Virus record (IMG/VR): IMGVR_UViG_3300035659_000011
Coordinates: 1 to 62,793 of that record
Direction: 5' to 3' (one strand)
DNA from: a virus
Lineage: Duplodnaviria; Caudoviricetes
DNA length: 62,793 nucleotides
The notes under the pieces were generated by a model. The model searched no databases. It saw only the letters and a program-made list of their open reading frames with translations, and was not told where the DNA came from. Made by a program: the position numbers and the translations under genes. Below are positions 48,592 through 57,138 of this stretch, in pieces (positions within the stretch are counted from its first letter, which is position 1; each line of letters begins with the position of its first letter).

Positions 48592-49767
48592 TCAAAATAA
48601 ATTTGCATCACTGTTGTCTGAATCAGCAAAGTATTGAGCAAACTCTTCTCTAGTGCACTCGTCAGGATCTTTGTTCGGCGGTAAAACAATATTGTATACA
48701 TCTACGCGATTATATAAGCTATCTTTGATAGCCTGTGCTGACTCTTGCCCTGCATTCTTAGCTTTACCAATGTCATTGTCTAGTGCAATGTAAATTCTAT
48801 CAAATTGCTTGAGCAGCAAAGATCTATTATGTGCGCTCAGTTTCGTGCCGCATAGTGCAACAGCGTTGAATCCCCAAGCAAACAACCTCATACAATCAAA
48901 AACACCCTCAACTAAAATAACATAATCTTTACCTGTCTGTACTGCATTATCGTAATTAAACAATAAATGCTGTATCGGAGAACCATAAATAATATTACCC
49001 TGCAACACTCCATTTACTTTGTCAAACACTGGTGGATACAAAATCTTCTTACACTCATATTTACTCTTCAACTCAGCTATCTCAGTAACAGTCAACTTAT
49101 CCTTCTTAGCTTGACTCAATATCTTTAACCACGTATTTGCTTTGCCTGTCATATCTCTAGCAGCAAAAGACATCACTCGATTGTTTACCGTTATCGGTAT
49201 GATTAACCTATCTTTGTAATATCCACTTACTGCGTATTTCAGATTCCATAATTTTATCATCTGATGACTAACACGCTTCTTAACCTTAATAAAATGTAAT
49301 GATGCATCTTCAAATTCTGGATACTTACTAAAATCAATCTCTATATATTCTACTTTTTTATGCTCAATACCCTCTTCATTCAAAACATCATTCAACTCAT
49401 CTATCACGTTATCTATCTGAGTAACTTCGTCACTCTCATAACCAATCATCTTCTTAACAAATTCTATAGAAGCTCCAAATGATTTCAAACTCTCTAACTC
49501 TTGCACTAGCTTGAAAAAATTTCGACCACCACAAACATAACAATTATATATCATCTTATCTATATTAAAACTTGCAGATGGTGAACTATCTTTATGTCCT
49601 GGCAATATACAGCACATTCTAAGTTCATTACCACAGTTATTAACTTTAGCATGATAATGCTTAAAAAACTTATTTAAGTCGACCTTTTTGTAGATCTTTT
49701 GTAATTCTGCTTTAGAATTGTAGGCCATGCTATTATCTAAATCAATCTTGTTATTGAAGATAGACAA
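48592..49767 (-). CDS. dnaG: DNA primase (CHC2 zinc finger + TOPRIM)
   Basis: CILPGHKDSSPS..CYVC, RLIIPI, FAARD, LVEGVFD, LDND, KDPDE. Confidence 0.92.
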   Translation of the reverse strand: MSIFNNKIDLDNSMAYNSKAELQKIYKKVDLNKFFKHYHAKVNNCGNELRMCCILPGHKDSSPSASFNIDKMIYNCYVCGGRNFFKLVQELESLKSFGASIEFVKKMIGYESDEVTQIDNVIDELNDVLNEEGIEHKKVEYIEIDFSKYPEFEDASLHFIKVKKRVSHQMIKLWNLKYAVSGYYKDRLIIPITVNNRVMSFAARDMTGKANTWLKILSQAKKDKLTVTEIAELKSKYECKKILYPPVFDKVNGVLQGNIIYGSPIQHLLFNYDNAVQTGKDYVILVEGVFDCMRLFAWGFNAVALCGTKLSAHNRSLLLKQFDRIYIALDNDIGKAKNAGQESAQAIKDSLYNRVDVYNIVLPPNKDPDECTREEFAQYFADSDNSDANLF

Positions 49768-49769
49768 CT

Positions 49770-50130
49770 ATTATTATAAAGAATTAAATATTTAATTATA
49801 CGAGTTTTTGACCATGTATTTAGCTCGTCAGATAAGCGACTAAAGGATATTTTGAATAAATCTATTTGTCTGCTGTCTAATATATAAATTTTAAGTATTA
49901 TCATTAATCTCGTTGCGAGATTAAATATTCTCAGTATAGTTTACAATAATCGTCTTTGTTAGCAACATTGTGCAATTATATTGTTAATTATTAGTTATAA
50001 TATCAATTAACAGTTTAACTATCGCCAAGCAGATGAAGATATTTTCTTGAAGAAGATTACAGACAACATTAAGCATTATTGTTACTAATAAGATAATTAA
50101 AAATAAATTTTAGTGAAACGCGTATATAGC
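49770..50130. other. AT-rich non-coding region, candidate replication origin/regulatory region
   Basis: Longest AT-rich gap in the window, upstream of primase; contains the inverted repeat TTAATCTCG-TTG-CGAGATTAA (49904-49924). Confidence 0.35.
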
Positions 50131-50140
50131 TCGACAGAAC

Positions 50141-50177
50141 AAAAAAACGGCCGCCAACTTCTTACGATTAGCGGCCT
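50141..50177 (-). terminator. intrinsic terminator
   Basis: GGCCGCTAA..TTGGCGGCC stem plus U7. Confidence 0.65.
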
Positions 50178-50208
50178 GTGCGGAAAACTGACCTTGCGCA
50201 ACGAACAA

Positions 50209-50541
50209 TCATACATCCATAGTATCTTTAGTATAGTCAATACCCTGAATGTTCTGAGTCTTCAAATATTCATAACATTGCTTAATCTGATTAACTCCTT
50301 GAGCATTCAATACATCAGTTGAAAAGAACTTCTGCATATCATCTCCAGATATCTGCGGCAAACAAAAAGTCATAACTGGACTTTTGTCTGCACATTTTGC
50401 AGCTTCATCTTTATAAATCGCAACTTCAATCAATATACGATTATCTTGACCATTACGAATTGTATTAGTCGCAACAACCTTATGATATGCATCTGCCACT
50501 ACAATGTCGCTCTGTAACGTAATTGCTTTCTTAATAGCCAT
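50209..50541 (-). CDS. phage hypothetical protein
   Basis: 110 aa; AGGAGG RBS. Confidence 0.7.
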   Translation of the reverse strand: MAIKKAITLQSDIVVADAYHKVVATNTIRNGQDNRILIEVAIYKDEAAKCADKSPVMTFCLPQISGDDMQKFFSTDVLNAQGVNQIKQCYEYLKTQNIQGIDYTKDTMDV

Positions 50542-50557
50542 ATCATCCTCCTATGGT

Positions 50558-51178
50558 TTATGAACGATAAAGACCATTCTTATTTATATATTGCAAAACT
50601 TCTGGTTGCAAATTATTCTTAAGAAACTCGATATTATTTTGTTTCACTGCCATTCTTATATTTGTTGACGAAATTTCAGGTATATCTGCATCTTCTAAAT
50701 AAACATGAGGATATTTCAAATACCAATTAACTTTAGTATCTCTAGTCTCACTTTTTCTAGGAACAACTATAAACCTAACAATGTTTATCAATTCTTCATA
50801 TTTAGACCATTTATCAATTGTATTGGCATTGTCCATACCAATAACAAAACTAAACGCATGAACTTTTCCTAATTTTGTTTGTAATTGTTTAGCTACTAAT
50901 ATCGTTTCGCCAGAAAAATTGCTCCAGCCTTTTATAGGATTAGCGCACACGATTTCAAACGTCGATAATTTCAACCTGATATCAATACCAATAGCCAACT
51001 TGCACATGTTTAATCGATCTTCAACCGGTGCCATCACTTTACCAAATCGATGTTTGAAGCACGGCATGAACCATACTTCATCTACTAGTCCAGTTGCTAA
51101 TACTCGATCAGCAGTTTTGACATGACCCACAGTGATCGGGTCAAACGCACCGCCAAGAATAGCTACATTTGTTTTCAT
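50558..51178 (-). CDS. nadD: nicotinate/nicotinamide mononucleotide adenylyltransferase
   Basis: AILGGAFDPITVGH, VWFMP, RLNMCKLA, FVIGMDN, EISSTNIR, YINKNGLY. Confidence 0.9.
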   Translation of the reverse strand: MKTNVAILGGAFDPITVGHVKTADRVLATGLVDEVWFMPCFKHRFGKVMAPVEDRLNMCKLAIGIDIRLKLSTFEIVCANPIKGWSNFSGETILVAKQLQTKLGKVHAFSFVIGMDNANTIDKWSKYEELINIVRFIVVPRKSETRDTKVNWYLKYPHVYLEDADIPEISSTNIRMAVKQNNIEFLKNNLQPEVLQYINKNGLYRS

Positions 51179-51210
51179 AATAAGAATTTGAAATAATGGA
51201 GATGGAGGGA

Positions 51211-51450
51211 CACATAATCTACAATTTTCATTGTAGTGTGGACTATCTCTTTATCCATTGGTTATGGATAACGGGCGCTAATAGAGGTTTATTGATTGAG
51301 TTTCTCACCTCTTAGTCTCTGCACCTTCTGACTTACAACTGTCCTCTTCGGTCAGCTTGGCTCAGGGTTATCATGTCATTTCTGATTTAGAGTTCCCTGA
51401 ATTCACCCGTTTTTCATTAGTCATTACTGACCAATGCGACCATTTTGTTA
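51211..51450 (-). mobile_element. group I intron (240 nt, no ORF) in the tmRNA T-loop
   Basis: P AATTCAGGGAA, Q AACCCTGAGC, R GTGCAGAGACTAA, S AAGAGATAGTCC; 5' exon ends in U, intron ends in G; removal restores a 7-nt T-loop. Confidence 0.88.
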
Positions 51451-51669
51451 ATCGAACCCTCGTCCAGAATGCAATCCGTAACAGCTACTACATGTTTATC
51501 TGGTTCTACAAAGCGCTCTCATTCAATACTCAGAACCAGCAAGTTTCATAGATGAGAGCCGTAGATGTAATTTCGGTCACCTTCTCTACTACGATTCGGT
51601 TACCCTATCCACATATGAATTGTCAGACTCTAACTGCTGTGGCTCCATCAGAATCTTAGTTGCTTTTAA

Positions 51670-51756
51670 TTAAGCAACAGCTGCAACCGGCATCGCCATT
51701 TCGCACATTGCAGCGAACTGCATAGCGAAACGGATTCCGGCATTAACTGTTTTGGC
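51670..51756 (-). other. tmRNA proteolysis tag reading frame (A)AKTVNAGIRFAMQFAAMCEMAMPVAAVA*
   Basis: Starts at GCC after TAACT; Ala-rich hydrophobic C-terminus. Confidence 0.75.
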
Positions 51757-51938
51757 AGTTAAATTTCGACCGGTATTTTTAGGAGGCCAACGATCATCCT
51801 CCACATGCAACTGTGACTTCACACAATCTGTCGAAAACCAGGTCATCCCCATAATTTCAAAGAACATGAATATCAACCTTATCAATCAATTAATCAAGCC
51901 ATATATCGATGTAACTCATCATAAAGACCTCTTAATGT

Positions 51939-51991
51939 AAAAATAGCGGCGGATCTGCGACAATGACAGATAATTGCATCCCACCGCCGCT
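51939..51991 (-). terminator. possible terminator/structured element upstream of tmRNA
   Basis: AGCGGCGG..CCGCCGCT stem with large loop, followed by a U-run. Confidence 0.45.
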
Positions 51992-52017
51992 TGGCAATGC
52001 AAATGCTCCCGTTGTCA

Positions 52018-52722
52018 TCATGATTTCATTAATTCGCTAATCATCTTGTCAATCAGATCTATTGATAAATTCGGATTTTCAAACTTCAACTGAATTGCAT
52101 CACTTTGCTCTTGCGTCACAGTTCTAAAAGAATAATTCACAGGCTTACACTGATAACCTATTTCATTCTTACAATGAAATTCAAACACTAACTCATCTTG
52201 TCTTATCTTAACATCATCTAATCTTACATTATCAGTTACAAACCCAGCACCAGTAGCCAAATTTGATAACTTACCATTTTCAAACAACTGATAAAACAAA
52301 TCATGTGTATTCAACTCTGTCACATTAACTCGATCAGCATAGTGCTTTCTAATATCATCAAACTTAATTGTAAGTCTATACATTCGATGAATCTTTACAG
52401 AAACATCAACACCACAACGAACAATTTCAAACTTCGTTTGCTCTAGAAGTTTATACTCTTTATTATTCCAAATTATCTCATATCCATCTTCATATAATCT
52501 ATCTAACATTCCCAGCATTGCTGTTTCACTCTCTTCAACTGTAAGACACATATACTTTTCATCATCAAATTTATCACTTACATCTTTAAGCGCAACTATT
52601 GCATATTCTTTAATATCAAATTCTACACCACAGCCATTGTCAACAGTATCACCAACTTTACTTGATTGTAACACATACAGCACATCATTAATGAACGGCT
52701 TTATCATCTCTAAGTCAAACAA
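52018..52722 (-). CDS. hypothetical protein
   Basis: 234 aa; AGGAGGT RBS, TTG start. Confidence 0.7.
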   Translation of the reverse strand: MFDLEMIKPFINDVLYVLQSSKVGDTVDNGCGVEFDIKEYAIVALKDVSDKFDDEKYMCLTVEESETAMLGMLDRLYEDGYEIIWNNKEYKLLEQTKFEIVRCGVDVSVKIHRMYRLTIKFDDIRKHYADRVNVTELNTHDLFYQLFENGKLSNLATGAGFVTDNVRLDDVKIRQDELVFEFHCKNEIGYQCKPVNYSFRTVTQEQSDAIQLKFENPNLSIDLIDKMISELMKS

Positions 52723-53374
52723 TTTTACCTCCTAAATATACTATCAACTGCTTAATATTCACAATAGCTTTCTGATTGTACTTGTCTCGAAAATATGGTG
52801 TATGATATACAAATCCATTTGCAAGCAGTTGATTCAATATCTTAATTCGTTCTCTTTTATATACTTCGTCAGTAACGTAAAAATACTCCTGTCGAACACC
52901 TCGTTCCATTCTGTCCATAACATAATCAAAATCTTTACCGAAAATCGAAATATCAATGTCAGCTATAATCTTCTTTTTTGTTGACGTTAAAAAATCTACA
53001 TTGTTCTGAGAACTTAATGCTGTTGCATTTATCAATGACATAATCTCTTCTGCTATTTGTGTCTCGACACCCAATCTATAACAGTCATGCATACATCGAT
53101 AACCTGACAATTTTTCCATTTCATAATCAACATCACTAATATATGAAGACGGCAATATCACAATATCATGTTCGTATATGGCAAATGATATAATAGCTTT
53201 CTCGACATCATCAAGATCCAATAGATCTAATTCTGTTTGACAATCATTAATGTGCAACATGTTGTGGTAATGTCTATAAGACATCGTGTACTCTTGCAAA
53301 ATATCAGCCATTACGTCTTTGGCAGCGTCAATGTGTTGTACATTTAACAACTGACAGACTTTAGTGAAATTCAT
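52715..53374 (-). CDS. HD-superfamily phosphohydrolase
   Basis: RHYHNMLHI, EHDIV, DIDISI, VRQEY. Confidence 0.85.
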   Translation of the reverse strand: MNFTKVCQLLNVQHIDAAKDVMADILQEYTMSYRHYHNMLHINDCQTELDLLDLDDVEKAIISFAIYEHDIVILPSSYISDVDYEMEKLSGYRCMHDCYRLGVETQIAEEIMSLINATALSSQNNVDFLTSTKKKIIADIDISIFGKDFDYVMDRMERGVRQEYFYVTDEVYKRERIKILNQLLANGFVYHTPYFRDKYNQKAIVNIKQLIVYLGGKIV

Positions 53375-53383
53375 AGATATTCC

Positions 53384-53587
53384 CTATAAATCTTCAATAG
53401 TGTCGTCGAATACACTTTCCATTTGATCTAATAATTCATCATCGCCTACATCAACAACATCCTCTTTACATTCTTTGCAAATGCCCTCATTTTCAGCGTA
53501 ACAAGTCTCACATAACGGCTCACCACAATTTTCACATTCGTGCTTCTCTTTCGGTATCTGTACATTACAAGAAGTACAAAAAGCCAT
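53384..53587 (-). CDS. small Zn-finger protein
   Basis: Four CxxC pairs. Confidence 0.7.
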   Translation of the reverse strand: MAFCTSCNVQIPKEKHECENCGEPLCETCYAENEGICKECKEDVVDVGDDELLDQMESVFDDTIEDL

Positions 53588-53598
53588 GGCACGTTCTC

Positions 53599-54123
53599 CT
53601 ACGCATTCGTTAGTTTATGCCACAGTGATTCATAATCAGCTTTCATACCCGATACTTTATACAGCACATCAAACACATATTGATTTGGGTTTATCTTTCT
53701 ATTAGCATCACGATATTTTGTCTCGTCCAATCCCAAATATCTACATACAAATAAACCAACAGCTCCTGAACGACTAATACCGGCCTCGCAATGAATGACT
53801 AGATCAGTTATCTTATCTTTTAATCTATCTATAAAAGCAATTATTTGTTTTGCATGAGCATCTGAAAATAACACTAAATGTTTCTTACGACTCTTGTACT
53901 TACTCATACTATCATACTGCGTATTTGAAATATCAGAAAATCTAATGCTCAATACTTCGTGACAACCTAATAATCCCAACACACCATTTTCATCAACAAC
54001 TGGCCCTTTTGTATTATAAATAGATATCAATGCCCAATTACTGAATTTACAACGACAAGTCTTAATAATTCGATCAACTTGACTTCGAGATAATATATGT
54101 ATATTCACAATCATTCTAATCAA
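53599..54123 (-). CDS. Cys-dependent (tyrosine/dual-specificity-like) phosphatase
   Basis: VIHCEAGISRS CX5R motif, FSDI, PNQYV. Confidence 0.87.
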   Translation of the reverse strand: MIRMIVNIHILSRSQVDRIIKTCRCKFSNWALISIYNTKGPVVDENGVLGLLGCHEVLSIRFSDISNTQYDSMSKYKSRKKHLVLFSDAHAKQIIAFIDRLKDKITDLVIHCEAGISRSGAVGLFVCRYLGLDETKYRDANRKINPNQYVFDVLYKVSGMKADYESLWHKLTNA

Positions 54124-54124
54124 T

Positions 54125-55354
54125 TCAACCCACTAAGATTTCAGTCTTAGTCGGTAATCCCATCTTATCCAACAAATTGATAAAAGGCACAGGGTCTAAC
54201 TCTTCTACGTTTACCATAGTCTTAGAATCCCAGATGCCATTTGCTACTAATATTGCAGCAGCTGCTACGGGCACTCCTGCAGTATAACTAATCGCCTGTG
54301 AATCAGTCTCCTTGTAACAGTCTTTATGATCGCACACATTGTAGATAAATATCTCTCTATAATTACCTAGTCGTTTACCCTTAACTAAACAACCAATACA
54401 AGTCTTACCAACATAATCGGGAGCCAATGTCTTTGGATCTGGTAAACATGCTTTCACTACTTTCAACGGTATAACATCTAATCCTTCAGCTGTCTTGACA
54501 GATTTCTCTGACAATAGTCCAATATTCTTTAACACATTGAAGCAATTGATATAATGGTCACCAAATCCCATCCAAAAACGTATACTATTAGCATCAATGT
54601 TTTGAGACAATGAATGCAATTCATCATGTCCTGATAAATAAATAGTCTGTTTACCAACTTCTGGAAAATCATACACTTTCTTTACTTCATGCATCTCATT
54701 AACTACCCACTTACGGTCAATCCATGACATGACTTTTCCAGTAAACTCCCTAAAATTAATCTCAGGATCGAAATTTGTAGCAAAATACTTACCATGACTT
54801 CCAACATTCACGTCCATAATATCTATTGTGTCAATTACATCAAAGTAATTTCTAGCAGCTAATGCGCAATATGCATTAACAACTCCCGGATCAAACCCAA
54901 TACCCAAAATAGCAGTAATTCCAGCTTGTTTGCAAGCTTCTCTCTTTTTCCATTCGTAATTTCCATACCACGGCGGTGGCTCACACACTGTAGCCACTCT
55001 ATCAGGATGCTCATAAACAGCAGTGTCTATATACGCCACGCCAGCTTCAATGCAAGCATCTAAAACTGACATGTTTACAAACGGTGATGCCAAATTGAGT
55101 ACTATAGTAGATTCTGTCTCTTTTATCAACTCGATTACTGACTTAGTATCTAGAGCATCAACACTGGTTGATGATAGCAATTTCGAATTGTCTTTCATAC
55201 TATCATGACTAAAAACACTCTCAAGTATATCGTCACACTTGCTTCTAGTTCTAGATGCTATGCAAATGTTTCCCAAAACATCATTATTTTGCGCACACTT
55301 ATGTGCTGCAACTTGTGCCACCCCTCCTGCCCCGATGATTAGTGTGTTGTGCAT
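54125..55354 (-). CDS. carboxy(nor)spermidine dehydrogenase/synthase (saccharopine dehydrogenase family)
   Basis: IIGAGGVAQVAAHKCAQ, YIDTA, GFDPG, FATNFDPEINFRE, SQAISYTAGVP; adjacent to nspC. Confidence 0.92.
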   Translation of the reverse strand: MHNTLIIGAGGVAQVAAHKCAQNNDVLGNICIASRTRSKCDDILESVFSHDSMKDNSKLLSSTSVDALDTKSVIELIKETESTIVLNLASPFVNMSVLDACIEAGVAYIDTAVYEHPDRVATVCEPPPWYGNYEWKKREACKQAGITAILGIGFDPGVVNAYCALAARNYFDVIDTIDIMDVNVGSHGKYFATNFDPEINFREFTGKVMSWIDRKWVVNEMHEVKKVYDFPEVGKQTIYLSGHDELHSLSQNIDANSIRFWMGFGDHYINCFNVLKNIGLLSEKSVKTAEGLDVIPLKVVKACLPDPKTLAPDYVGKTCIGCLVKGKRLGNYREIFIYNVCDHKDCYKETDSQAISYTAGVPVAAAAILVANGIWDSKTMVNVEELDPVPFINLLDKMGLPTKTEILVG

Positions 55355-55362
55355 GCATACTC

Positions 55363-56466
55363 CTACGATAAATTGTATTTATAGTCTTCATATCCAAATT
55401 TGCGCACAGTATCAATAGATCCACCAATTCTCTTGACAACAATTGCGGGCATTTGCAAACCATTAAACCACGTCTTTTTAACCATGGAATAGCCAGCTGC
55501 ATCTAAAATACGCACTGTGTCACCGACCTTGAGAGGCGTTTCAATCTCGCAATGACCAAAAATATCTCCAGCTAAACATGACCGACCAGCAATCAAATAA
55601 TAGTTATGACCATTGTTTCTTCTATCAAATTCTGACTCAACATTGTAAATCAATCGATCTAACAAATGCGCCTCAACTGAAGCATCAACTATCGCAATAT
55701 CAATCTCATTATGCACAATATCGACAACTGTCGTAACTAACTCTGCAGCATGAGAAATAGCAGCTTCACCCGGTTCAATGTAAATTTGAATATCAAACTT
55801 ACTGCTAAATGACTTCAACTTATTACAAAACATATCAAACGGATACTTACTTTCAGTAAATAACACTCCTCCACCCAAACTTACCCATTTCAATTTCACT
55901 AAAACATCACGATACATGTTACCAATAAAGTCTAACATATTTGAAAAGTCATCAAAGTCTTCATTATCGCAATTAAAATGAAACATTGCACCGCTAATCA
56001 ATGGCAAAACACTTTCAACTTCTTTCTTATCAATAACACCAAGACGTGAAAATTTACGGCCAGGATCAGCTAAATCATAATCAGAATGACTAACGACAGG
56101 ATTTATTCGAAGACCAATTGGCAGGTCAGCCACTATAGAATGATATGCTTTTAACTGTGATACAGAATTGAAAATGATCTTACTAGCATATTGTCTAATG
56201 TCTTCTACATCTTGTTTTGAATAGCCTACGCAATAAGCATGTGTTTCTTTACCAAAAGTCTCATATCCTAATCGAGCTTCATACAAGGAAGAACTAGTAG
56301 TACCATCCATGTATTTTTTCATTAAGTCAAATACAGACCACATTGAAAAACATTTCAATGCAAGCAGAGATTTTGCACCAGAAATATCTCTTACACGCTT
56401 GATTTTTTCAAGATTGTGTAGTAGTTTACTTTCGTCAATAAAATAATACGGCGTGGGAATAACCAT
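55363..56466 (-). CDS. nspC: carboxy(nor)spermidine decarboxylase
   Basis: TPYY, LLALKCF, SSLYEARLG, SRLG, SLGGG, EPGEA, SCLAGDIFG, YSMVKKTWFNG. Confidence 0.93.
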   Translation of the reverse strand: MVIPTPYYFIDESKLLHNLEKIKRVRDISGAKSLLALKCFSMWSVFDLMKKYMDGTTSSSLYEARLGYETFGKETHAYCVGYSKQDVEDIRQYASKIIFNSVSQLKAYHSIVADLPIGLRINPVVSHSDYDLADPGRKFSRLGVIDKKEVESVLPLISGAMFHFNCDNEDFDDFSNMLDFIGNMYRDVLVKLKWVSLGGGVLFTESKYPFDMFCNKLKSFSSKFDIQIYIEPGEAAISHAAELVTTVVDIVHNEIDIAIVDASVEAHLLDRLIYNVESEFDRRNNGHNYYLIAGRSCLAGDIFGHCEIETPLKVGDTVRILDAAGYSMVKKTWFNGLQMPAIVVKRIGGSIDTVRKFGYEDYKYNLS

Positions 56467-56519
56467 AAGTCCATCTTATGATAGACTTAGAAGACTATTT
56501 ACTAAAGAGGAATAGAAAA

Positions 56520-56595
56520 TGGCGTGCCTGGAGAGATTCGGACTCCCACTATCGGTTTCGTAAACCGATCCCCTATCCAGTTAGGAAACAGGCAC
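56520..56595 (-). tRNA. tRNA-Arg(ACG)
   Basis: GTGCCTG/CAGGCAC acceptor stem, anticodon arm TCGGT-TTACGAA-ACCGA, encoded CCA; T-loop reads TCCGAAT (C at 55). Confidence 0.88.
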
Positions 56596-56602
56596 GCAAA
56601 AA

Positions 56603-56676
56603 TGTCCCTAGAGAGACTCGAACTCTCAATCTGCAGTTTAGGAAACTGCTGCGCTATCCAGTTGCACCATAGGGAC
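56603..56676 (-). tRNA. tRNA-Arg(CCT)
   Basis: GTCCCTA/TAGGGAC acceptor stem, anticodon arm GCAGT-TTCCTAA-ACTGC, TTCGAGT T-loop; no CCA. Confidence 0.9.
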
Positions 56677-56805
56677 AGATGTTCGTCTAAAAATATCTAA
56701 ATCTTTACAGTATCGTTCAACAAATCGTCTAAGTGATGTATGACTAATATTTAACAATTTTGATGCTTCGCTCACCCAACCAAATTTACTTGTATCTATA
56801 GTCAT
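56677..56805 (-). pseudogene. HTH-bearing fragment, probable remnant of an endonuclease gene within the tRNA array
   Basis: Translates TIDTSKFGWVSEASKLLNISHTSLRRFVERY and runs into tRNA-Arg(CCT). Confidence 0.4.
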
Positions 56806-56844
56806 CAATGCGCATCACTGCAGCTAAAATACATCATGAAAGCT

Positions 56845-56920
56845 TGGCTGGGGCCCGGAGATTTGAACTCCGAACTACATGCTCCAAAGGCATGGGCTCT
56901 ACCAATTGAGCTAGACCCCA
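56845..56920 (-). tRNA. tRNA-Gln(TTG)
   Basis: U1-A72 start TGGGGT, G73, CCA; anticodon arm CATGC-CTTTGGA-GCATG. Confidence 0.87.
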
Positions 56921-56927
56921 TCATAAT

Positions 56928-57002
56928 TGGTCGGGACAGCCGGATTTGAACCGACGACTACAACATCCCAAATGTTGTATGCTACCACTGCATTACGTCC
57001 CG
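56928..57002 (-). tRNA. tRNA-Pro(TGG)
   Basis: CGGGACG start, anticodon arm CAACA-TTTGGGA-TGTTG, A73, CCA. Confidence 0.92.
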
Positions 57003-57018
57003 TGCTTATTTCAACAAT

Positions 57019-57054
57019 AAAAAAGGCCTCACTTTATTCAAGTGAAGCCTTTTT
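57019..57054 (-). terminator. attenuator terminator (3:4 hairpin) in front of the tRNA operon
   Basis: AGGCTTCACTT-GAATA-AAGTGAGGCCT followed by a U-run, 16 nt upstream of tRNA-Pro. Confidence 0.85.
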
Positions 57055-57083
57055 AGAAGAGATTCTTCGACAGCTTCACTTGA
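57038..57083 (-). promoter_or_regulatory. antiterminator (2:3) helix
   Basis: TCAAGTGAAGC (57083-57073, spanning the leader stop codon) is the perfect 11-nt complement of GCTTCACTTGA (57048-57038, terminator 5' arm). Confidence 0.8.
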
Positions 57084-57138
57084 GCATACGTTGTCCTGGT
57101 TGGGGTTGACGCTGCGGTTGTGGCTGCCTGCGAATCAT
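57076..57138 (-). CDS. attenuator leader peptide MIRRQPQPQRQPQPGQRMLK
   Basis: 14 of codons 3-17 are Arg/Gln/Pro; in-frame alternative ATG at 57153; stop codon lies inside the antiterminator arm. Confidence 0.8.
   Translation of the reverse strand: MIRRQPQPQRQPQPGQRMLK

Larger units (their letters stand above)
51197..51850 (-). ncRNA. ssrA: tmRNA (interrupted by a group I intron)
   Basis: 5' GGGGATG pairs with 3' CATCTCC-A, giving a G3.U wobble; 5' TTCGAC motif; T-arm GAGGG-TTCGAT|T-CCCTC; resume context TAACT|GCC; tag ending VAAVA*. Confidence 0.9.

Noticed and set aside
51357-51551. Plus-strand ORF as a possible intron-encoded protein
   Set aside because: Wrong strand, spans the exon-intron boundary, and has no endonuclease motifs.
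51670-51885. 71-aa minus-strand ORF
   Set aside because: It overlaps the tmRNA 5' domain; only its last 28 codons are meaningful, as the tag frame.
56845-56920. Reading this tRNA as Pro (TGG within CTTTGGA)
   Set aside because: The 5-bp stem centres TTG in the 7-nt loop, and U1-A72 with G73 are Gln identity elements.
56478-57109. Plus-strand ORFs 56478-56672 and 56927-57109
   Set aside because: Antisense to tRNA genes.
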